64,000 nt of DNA, from assembly GCA_041641305.1 (NCBI GenBank), contig JBEPYN010000001.1, forward strand, positions 384,001 to 448,000, read 5' to 3'. Shown one piece after another: positions 57,070 through 64,000 of this stretch. The stretch is from Nitrososphaerota archaeon. GTDB taxonomy: Archaea > Thermoproteota > Nitrososphaeria_A > Caldarchaeales > Caldarchaeaceae. The notes beneath the pieces were generated by a model. That model was given only the letters and a program-made list of their open reading frames with translations. It had not been told where the DNA came from and searched no databases. Position numbers and translations under genes: made by a program. Position 1 is the first letter of the stretch, and each line of letters begins with the position of its first letter.

Positions 57070-57812
57070 ATGGTTGTTGGGGAGGCGGGCTCATGAAGCC
57101 CGGGAGCTCCGTGTCTACCCAGCCGCCCCGCTGTGACTAGGTCCCCAAAGGAGGCATTATTCCTCCGAGAATCATCGTGAACACCTATGTCTCCGCCAAA
57201 GGGCTTTGGAGCCGCTCCCACCAAGCGCCCCCATGGCGCCGTGATGAGAGAACCCGTGGAGGAGACACCATGCCTCCCCCACGGAAAACAGGCTCCAAAA
57301 ACCCTTGGCGAAGCATCTGAACAATCGTCTGACTATCTTCTGTCCTGTCCATGGTGTCTAGGGGGTGGTGTAGTCATGCGTAGCACGGCCTACACACCCC
57401 GCGATGCCGACCATGCGTAGCACGAGAAGGCATGCTTTGTCAAGACACCTGGACAGGCCTCAGCCGCATCGGCTCCGCCCCCGGCTCCGTCATGCGTAGC
57501 ACGGCCGGAGCCTTTCCCATCCCATGCATCCCGGAGAAGCCTGTCATGCGTAGCACGGCCAGACAACTCCACAGAGACACCCGTCATGCATGGCACGGCC
57601 GGGTGTCTGGGGCGGCGGACGCATGGGCTGGAGCGGAGCCGGAAGCCAGCCAACCACCCCCGCCACCCCACAAAGAATAATCAATGGGGTGGCCGCCTTG
57701 TTTCAGGCGGGTTAAGGGTGGCTGGTTCTTTTGTTTTCCCTCCTCTGCTTCTGTTTCATTGAACCCTTTTTTGGGTTCTCTGCTGTCGACTCCGCGAAGA
57801 TGTCTTCGCGAA
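57061..57812 (-). ncRNA. Putative large structured non-coding RNA/leader with five motif-capped hairpins
   Basis: Dense nested inverted repeats; GTCATGCGTAGCACGGCC-type motif five times on different stems. Confidence 0.5.
57373..57600. repeat. Five copies of an 18-bp motif GTCATGCGTAGCACGGCC (3 exact, 2 variant)
   Basis: Copies at 57373, 57412 (13-nt core), 57489, 57543 and 57583 (variant loop). Confidence 0.9.
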
Positions 57813-57862
57813 GTCCCATACCCTATCGAATGTGGTAGTGCTGGAGGCTTTTCTCCTTTTTT

Positions 57863-58447
57863 GTGGAATCTTTGTTTCCACCCTCTCTGGGAGTATATGT
57901 TTTTGTGATGGTTTCTCCGTTTTTTCATGGGTTTATGGGTTCTGGTGGGCGTGTTGGGGCAGCGTGTCTCCTACTCCTCATATACCTCTCCCTTAAGGGC
58001 TGGTCTCTGAGACGGCTGATATCTCGCCTGACACGGAATCCGAAGCGCCGCTATGCTAGGGTCCAGTTTAGGGAGCTTGCCGGTGAAATTGGGGTATCAC
58101 ATACACGTGTCAGGGGATGTGTGGATGAGCTTGTCGACGCAGAGTTTCTGGAGATCCGCCGTGAGGGTGAGGAGATATACATCATGGTTACTCGTAAGGG
58201 TGAGAGGCTTTCCTCAACGGCGACGAACTCAAACCTCATACTCCTGATATCCATAGCCCTCTACCTCTCAACGCTGTATAGCGTAGCCATCACGGCGAAC
58301 CTTGTCCTAGGAAAACCCATCGAACCCTATACAGGGCTCCCGTTAATAGTGGCGCTACTCACCACCTTCGTAATAGCCCTACCCAGACTCTACACAACCC
58401 TCCTACTAAGAAACCTAAGAAAAGCGTTAACAGGGCAGGAAAGATAG
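57863..58447 (+). CDS. Winged-helix protein with transmembrane helices; start uncertain
   Basis: FRELAGEIGVSHTRVRGCVDELVDAEFL...VTRKG wHTH followed by two hydrophobic segments. Confidence 0.55.
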   Translation: MESLFPPSLGVYVFVMVSPFFHGFMGSGGRVGAACLLLLIYLSLKGWSLRRLISRLTRNPKRRYARVQFRELAGEIGVSHTRVRGCVDELVDAEFLEIRREGEEIYIMVTRKGERLSSTATNSNLILLISIALYLSTLYSVAITANLVLGKPIEPYTGLPLIVALLTTFVIALPRLYTTLLLRNLRKALTGQER

Positions 58448-58721
58448 AGAGTATCCAACCACACCACATGATGAGGACAACGGGGCAGGGGATGCAAACA
58501 GCGACAGAAAAACCATCGCTCTTAATCCGATTTTTGTGGGTTTGTTTATTGCCTGGTGTTTATATGCTACATAGGTTTGGCTGTATCACTCACCTTAGAT
58601 GGGGAGGGCCTGGTTGGGCTTTTTAAGGAGGTTAGGTGGTCTATCTTGTCCTTTGTGGGAGGGTTTGGAGGCATGGTGGGTACGTGGATCGCAGGGGACA
58701 GGTATGGGAGTAGTTGGAGGT

Positions 58722-59528
58722 CTATGGGTGGGAGAAGGCTACGCGGTATATCAGTTTTCCGAATGGTGTGAGTTCGTATTTTTGTCCTGTGTCTTTGATT
58801 AGTAGGAGGTCTTCGGCCATGGCTTCTGCTACGTCTTTTCCGTATCTTTTCTCGAATTCGTTTTTCTCTATTGCGTTGGGTTGGATTAGGTCTTGGAGGG
58901 CTGAGCGGTATTTTTGGTCGAGGATTTCGGATTTCCAGTCTATGGGTAAGGGGGGTAGGGTGATTGTTGTTTTGAAGGTTTCGTGTCGGTAGTATACTGG
59001 TTTTCGCATTATGAAGGAGACGAGGCTGAGGGCTGTGCCTTCGGGTTTGAACCCTCCAGTGGCGTTTAGAAGCACTCTTTCTCCTTCGTGTTTTTTGATC
59101 AGGTCATAGGTTTTGAGGAGTAGGTTTTGAAGGCCTTTCTCATTGAATTCCTGCTCTGTTTGGAACCCTTCTATCCTGTGTTTTTTGGTGTTTATGCCTT
59201 TTTCCCAGAAGTATCGCTGGAGTGCGTTTGCGCATACCTCTCCAACCTCTGTGTCTGTGTGGAGTAGGTGAACTGTGTCAACTTTCCCTTTTTGTATGTA
59301 TTCTGAGATGGAGCTGAGTTCTGCGCTCGCTTCATGCCCCTTGTTTCTTATGTAGGTTAAGAGTTCTTCCACCACTTTTTCCTTGTTTATCTCATGTTTT
59401 TTTAGGGCGTTTTCCACGTCAAGCTGTCCTTGGAGGCTTGGCGGCAGGGTGGGGAGCTGTTTTTCCCGTAGTGCGTTGTTGAGGAGGCTGGCTCCCACGG
59501 TAACGATGTGAACGTATCTTTTGGGCAT
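58722..59528 (-). CDS. CRISPR-associated CARF protein, APE2256 family (putative Crn1-type ring nuclease)
   Basis: TVGASLLNN, LLHTDTEVG, LNATGGFKPE, VYYRHETF; C-terminal wHTH (LTPFG); next to the array. Confidence 0.85.
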   Translation of the reverse strand: MPKRYVHIVTVGASLLNNALREKQLPTLPPSLQGQLDVENALKKHEINKEKVVEELLTYIRNKGHEASAELSSISEYIQKGKVDTVHLLHTDTEVGEVCANALQRYFWEKGINTKKHRIEGFQTEQEFNEKGLQNLLLKTYDLIKKHEGERVLLNATGGFKPEGTALSLVSFIMRKPVYYRHETFKTTITLPPLPIDWKSEILDQKYRSALQDLIQPNAIEKNEFEKRYGKDVAEAMAEDLLLIKDTGQKYELTPFGKLIYRVAFSHP

Positions 59529-59690
59529 TTCGGACGCCGTAAGAGTATGTGCTGTTTAGATAAAAAAGTTTCTGTTCGCAGGGCTCGGGTTGCCGCCAAT
59601 GTATGGTGCTGTGTTTAGAACTTGTTGTTTTGTTAAGGTTCTCCATCTTCTCTTTTTCATCGAGGGGCCAGTAGTGAGAGCATGCCTCTC

Positions 59691-60784
59691 ATCTCCATCC
59701 TCCTTTCATTGACAGTTGAGCAAGGTCGTTTCCCTGCATAAGTCTTTGAATACTCAGCTTTCCATCCTCTTTTCATTGACAGTTTATTAGTGCATGTGTT
59801 GGGGGGTGTTTTGTGCATGCAGTCTTTCCATCCTCTTTTCATTGACAGCTAAGCGTCGGCGGCATCATCAAAAAATTCTTCATAAACTTTCCATCCTCTT
59901 TTCATTGACAGTGGTCGAGGCGGACAAGCGGTTTTCCAATTTATTCTATATGCTTTCCATCCTCTTTTCATTGACAGTGCATCTCGACCCCGTTGACTTT
60001 AGCGGCATTCCTCGGGACATCTTTCCATCCTCTTTTCATTGACAGACACCACTTAAACAACCACACATATTTATCCAAAGTAAAAATCTTTCCATCCTCT
60101 TTTCATTGACAGCGACATATTTGCCAAGCTGCTGGAGCCAGATACACGCCTTTCCATCCTCTTTTCATTGACAGTTCGGTCCGCTGGCTCTCAGCTTCCA
60201 GTTGGGGCAGGTGATCTTTCCATCCTCTTTTCATTGACAGTGAAAATGTACATGGAGTATGAGGCGGAGCATGAAACAGACGCTTTCCATCCTCTTTTCA
60301 TTGACAGAGACTTGATGATAGTCTCCGACGTTGGGTTCTCTTTTTCCAGCTTTCCATCCTCTTTTCATTGACAGTCACGTGTCTATAGAGTTTGACGGCA
60401 GGCGCTATTGTGTTACGCTTACTCGCTTTCCATCCTCTTTTCATTGACAGAAGAAGTTCATAAGTTGCCTCCTGGGACAAGAGTTCATAGACTTTCCATC
60501 CTCTTTTCATTGACAGACGAAGGATGTGGCCGCGTTTCTTGGAAAAAGCCAGCAGTCTTTCCATCCTCTTTTCATTGACAGAAATATATGAAACACGCAA
60601 AGGATACCACATAATTGCTTACTTTCCATCCTCTTTTCATTGACAGTGGGACATAGAGAACTACCCCGCTCTCGACGTTATGCTGAACGCTTTCCATCCT
60701 CTTTTCATTGACAGGACGTCGAGGTTCGGAGAGTTCCGTGTGGTGCAGATTAAGAAGGACTTTCCATCCTCTTTTCATTGACAG
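59691..60784 (-). CRISPR. CRISPR array: 16 exact 25-bp repeats CTGTCAATGAAAAGAGGATGGAAAG plus 1 degenerate repeat; 16 spacers of 37-51 bp; further remnant near 59640-59664
   Basis: Counted directly; degenerate copies at the low-coordinate end and the GAAAG 3' end give minus orientation. Confidence 0.97.
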
Positions 60785-60959
60785 GTGTGCCTGATTCCCG
60801 GAAATTTAGGCGAATCGGGCGGTTTTGTCGAGTGGGTCTTTCAGGCGACGAATTTTTGGAGCCTCTATATTAATGTTAGCCGGAAATCCTCGAAGGTTCA
60901 GCGATAGCCGTCGGTAATGGGCCCATCAAAAATGAGAGAATAAAGGAAAACTTTTGACA
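60785..60959 (-). promoter_or_regulatory. CRISPR leader
   Basis: Non-coding, adjoins the intact end of the array; AT-rich ATTAATATAG (minus) near 60864-60873. Confidence 0.7.
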
Positions 60960-62084
60960 TCACCTCCTGAAACTCAGCTTAACCCACCCGAGGGGGCTTG
61001 GCTCGCCGTCCGCCCCTTCCTGCACTAGACGCATAGACGACGGAAAACTCCGAGGGGCCGCCTGACTAAACCTCCTCGAACCTAACGCCCTAAACACCTG
61101 ACCCTCCAGATTTTCAAAGGCCATCGTAACCGTAGTCTTCCAATAACCCTGCCCATAGCCCAAGCTGGTCACAGCCTCCAGCTCACCAACCTTAGAAACC
61201 TCATCCAACAGAGAATCCAACCGTCTCCGAACACTCCCCGAAACATTCCCACCACCCAGCCTAACCAAATCCCTTTGCAGAACAGCCCGAGACCTCTCGT
61301 TAGCCATCTTCACCAAATCACTGACCAACGTCCCAACCATATCCTTCCTCGCAACCTTCTCCGAAACCTTTTGAACCATGAATACATGCAGGCCTCCGCG
61401 AAAAACCGTTCCCGAGGGAACCACCTCAACAAAGCCTAACCGCCTCTGACCAGAACCCCCAAACCTCATGCTAAGAAGCCGCGCCACACAAGTCTCCACC
61501 TCAGCCTCTGGAAACAAGTCAGATGGTCTCAGAAGCCGCAACAAATCACTCTCGAAAGAATGAGTATCCCGCCTAAGAACACTCTCCACCACAGCACCTT
61601 TCCCCTTTCTTTCCTGCTTAATTTCCTCCAACAACTTTCCGGCCAAACCTGAGTTACTCTTCAAAATCCCATATATCAGAGAAGTCCTGAGCGAGCCCTT
61701 CAGACTGCTCCCCGGCAGATACACCGACCCCTCAAGCGTTCTAATGAAAGGCATCAACTCAGAGCTGAAACTGTCATCACGCAAATGGTCCCGGAACCTT
61801 ATCCTGTATCTCGCCACCTTTTCAGCGAAGCGCTGCACGTCAACACCGTTATTCCTAAGGAACAGGGTGAGAGAAAAGTGTCCTGACTCCAGCTCCCTTA
61901 GATACATGTTCACAAGCCGATTTTTTTCCAGTTCTTGGAAAAGTTTGTCATGGTCCACCACGTAAAGCCAGCCGCCATGGTGTATGTAATCGACGCCGGT
62001 CAACCTCTCGTTCATTCCCACGTGAATAGGAGTTAGGGCCTGGACACGAATCTCGTAAACCTCAACCTGTGACAGCCGAGGCAT
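60960..62084 (-). CDS. csm5: Type III-A RAMP Csm5
   Basis: LTPIHVG, YLPGSSLKGSLRT, LGYGQG, PLGWVKL. Confidence 0.9.
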   Translation of the reverse strand: MPRLSQVEVYEIRVQALTPIHVGMNERLTGVDYIHHGGWLYVVDHDKLFQELEKNRLVNMYLRELESGHFSLTLFLRNNGVDVQRFAEKVARYRIRFRDHLRDDSFSSELMPFIRTLEGSVYLPGSSLKGSLRTSLIYGILKSNSGLAGKLLEEIKQERKGKGAVVESVLRRDTHSFESDLLRLLRPSDLFPEAEVETCVARLLSMRFGGSGQRRLGFVEVVPSGTVFRGGLHVFMVQKVSEKVARKDMVGTLVSDLVKMANERSRAVLQRDLVRLGGGNVSGSVRRRLDSLLDEVSKVGELEAVTSLGYGQGYWKTTVTMAFENLEGQVFRALGSRRFSQAAPRSFPSSMRLVQEGADGEPSPLGWVKLSFRR

Positions 62085-63060
62085 CCATCATCACCGGAAA
62101 AGCATACCCATAACGGTATACGCCGCCGTATACATGCAACATACGCCCAAAGACTCGCTTACCACCGAACGCGGGAAAAACAGAACCCTCCTCGAAAACA
62201 TAACATCTAAACCTCCCAACCCCAGAGTACATCGCAGTCCTCTCAACAACAACATAGCCAAGACCATCTCCAAAACTTTGTATCACTTGGGCTTCATCCC
62301 TAGTCGGAGAATATGGAGAAAGTGTGTAAAAGAGGCCGCCGCTGTCGCGCAAAAATTCGTCGTCCCGAATTATGAGCGGCTCTCCCTCAGATACGCCTAA
62401 ACCAATCGACCTCTCACCACCTACCCCGAGTTCCGCAACAGCCCTGAAGGACGCTAAGAAACGACTATCCTCATCAAACATTCTCAACCAAAAAGCTAGG
62501 CCACAGCCCTCTCCAAGCTCCACCGCAGCGGACCTGAAGAGCTGGGTTCTCATGCTTAGTCTATCCAACACCACCCTCCTACTCTTCACAAGCCTGTGGC
62601 CAGGAATCATCCCCTCCTCGGAACTCAGCGCCAAAACACCCTCTACAATCCTCAACTCCTCCAAGGTCCCTGCGATAAGCCTGGAGACAGCCTCTACAGT
62701 CCCGAAAACCACTCTCTGCGCCAGCTTAGCGGCCTTCCCCTCATCACTTTCCAACCTTTTCGCTACATCAAATAGCCGAGCTCTCAGCCTGGGCATCCGC
62801 GGCACAGGTATCAAAACACTTACCATACCTTTCACCCTCTTCGCAGGGAACATGGATGAGACGAGGAAAGACGGAGCACCGTTAACGAAACGCGACAGAA
62901 GAGACTTCAGCTCATCCCCACCGTAAAGCAGGGAGTAGGCCCAGCAAAAAGCTCCGAACAACGTATCCGCCCCCACGATAACCCGGTAGTCCTCCATAGA
63001 AGGGCCGGAACCGGCTCTATAACTTCTTACGGGGAGGAAAACTAGGAGAGCGTCTGACAC
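62062..63060 (-). CDS. csm4: Type III-A RAMP Csm4
   Basis: ADTLFGA, VSSMFP, GVGGERSIGLG, EEGSVF, YRYGYAF. Confidence 0.9.
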   Translation of the reverse strand: MSDALLVFLPVRSYRAGSGPSMEDYRVIVGADTLFGAFCWAYSLLYGGDELKSLLSRFVNGAPSFLVSSMFPAKRVKGMVSVLIPVPRMPRLRARLFDVAKRLESDEGKAAKLAQRVVFGTVEAVSRLIAGTLEELRIVEGVLALSSEEGMIPGHRLVKSRRVVLDRLSMRTQLFRSAAVELGEGCGLAFWLRMFDEDSRFLASFRAVAELGVGGERSIGLGVSEGEPLIIRDDEFLRDSGGLFYTLSPYSPTRDEAQVIQSFGDGLGYVVVERTAMYSGVGRFRCYVFEEGSVFPAFGGKRVFGRMLHVYGGVYRYGYAFPVMMDASAVTG

Positions 63061-63066
63061 AAACTC

Positions 63067-63903
63067 TCACTTGCTATTAATTTTTAAGAATTGCATTATC
63101 TGGGACTTGACATCTTCAATATTCGTAAGAACATCGTCAACCGTTTCATAATATCCTTCAGCGGGTATTTTCATGACCCCGTCTTTCGGGTTGCTGAAGT
63201 GGTTTGGTGAAATAACCTTAAACACGATATTCTTGAACTTAATCCTGCCATAACCTCTTGAGCCATAGCCCCCCAAGTAATCCTCTTCGACGAGCTTCAT
63301 CGCCTCAAAGACTATCTTAAAACGTTCCACATCCCTTTTCCCATTGTTTCCTTCTCCGTCGAAGACGAGGTACGACATGTTAACCTCGAACTCAGAATCT
63401 TTGGGAATCCTCTCCACCCACCTCGGGTTCGCCTTGCTAGTCAGTCTATCCAGCGCGTTCTCCCCCTTTACCTCGATCGAGCCAAATACCCTCCACCTAT
63501 TTCTCGTCTGATCTGTTGCATATGAGTCGCTGACTCTCAAACGAGTAAGCGATAAGATGTTTTGAACCTCGCCCGACTCCTGACTCTGTTGCTTTTCAAC
63601 CAACTCGGGCTGCCTCCCAAAAACTATGCAAACATCGCAATCGATATTGTCGCATAGGTGAATGCTCATTTTGAGCTTGGTGCTGAGGGGTAGATCCCTG
63701 TAAAGCTCATACTTTGACCTCATCGCGCCCTTCAGTGAGGAACCGGGGATATACGGCTCCTGAGTGAACGGGTCCTTTATCACAACGTTCTCCACACCAC
63801 CTATTTCGGTGCCTCCGGGAGTTCCACCGATCCTAAGCCCAGTTAGACAGGACAACAAAGCATTTACCTTAATGAAACCAGCAATCCTAACCATACCTTT
63901 CAC
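63067..63903 (-). CDS. csm3: Type III-A RAMP Csm3 (start may be 63894)
   Basis: TGLRIGG, PYIPGSSLKGAMRS, YLGGYGSRGYG. Confidence 0.93.
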   Translation of the reverse strand: MKGMVRIAGFIKVNALLSCLTGLRIGGTPGGTEIGGVENVVIKDPFTQEPYIPGSSLKGAMRSKYELYRDLPLSTKLKMSIHLCDNIDCDVCIVFGRQPELVEKQQSQESGEVQNILSLTRLRVSDSYATDQTRNRWRVFGSIEVKGENALDRLTSKANPRWVERIPKDSEFEVNMSYLVFDGEGNNGKRDVERFKIVFEAMKLVEEDYLGGYGSRGYGRIKFKNIVFKVISPNHFSNPKDGVMKIPAEGYYETVDDVLTNIEDVKSQIMQFLKINSK

Positions 63904-64000
63904 GCTCCATCTCTTTTATGAAGTTGTAGTAGGCGATTATGGATTCAGAGACGTTGAAGACCAGCTCTATATACTTGTGCGGCTCTGGCGAATCCATCAA
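63887..64000 (-). CDS. csm2: Csm2 small subunit, C-terminal 37 aa (truncated by the window edge)
   Basis: Manual translation ...VFNVSESIIAYYNFIKEMERERYG* resembles the Csm2 E-x-I-x-A-Y motif; lies upstream of csm3. Confidence 0.7.
   Translation of the reverse strand: MMDSPEPHKYIELVFNVSESIIAYYNFIKEMERERYG

Noticed and set aside
57373-57600. 18-bp repeats as a mini-CRISPR or canonical TIGR array
   Set aside because: Spacing is irregular (about 38-78 bp), and the intervening sequences are self-complementary stems rather than spacers.
58556-58771. Small hydrophobic ORF
   Set aside because: No motif, it lies in G/T-skewed sequence and overlaps the CARF gene end; it cannot be supported.
59657-60778. 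Short ORFs with MKRGWK or LSILFSLT repeats
   Set aside because: These are translations of CRISPR repeats.

Overview
Thermophilic archaeal chromosome segment. Gene content (LysW pathway, TrpB2, short Xpf, archaeosine TGT, stand-alone 23S gene) suggests a TACK lineage, probably Aigarchaeota/Caldarchaeales (inference, not searched). In order, it contains: thiolase/DUF35 genes; an unlinked 23S rRNA gene with a BHB intron and a group I intron, each encoding a LAGLIDADG endonuclease; a liv-type ABC transporter; an acyl-CoA/molybdo-hydroxylase cluster; a DtxR-regulated metal ABC transporter; a type IV pilus locus; tRNA-Val; an argGH/lysWXYZJK cluster; and an accessory island leading into a type III-A CRISPR-Cas locus. 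Two signals stand out. (1) A divergent IS110/TasR-like RuvC+Nop-type gene (56104-57069, minus) is followed by a hairpin RNA with two symmetric UGCC-N9-AAAG guide-like segments. One 9-mer exactly matches the island boundary about 180 bp away, and a roughly 750-nt multi-hairpin non-coding region lies upstream of the gene. (2) A 27-nt canonical bulge-helix-bulge intron with an in-frame stop interrupts a protein-coding gene (COG2403, putative arginine synthetase), and its removal restores the conserved GAAGRDFHNFN motif. All calls come from reading the sequence by eye; no searches were run.
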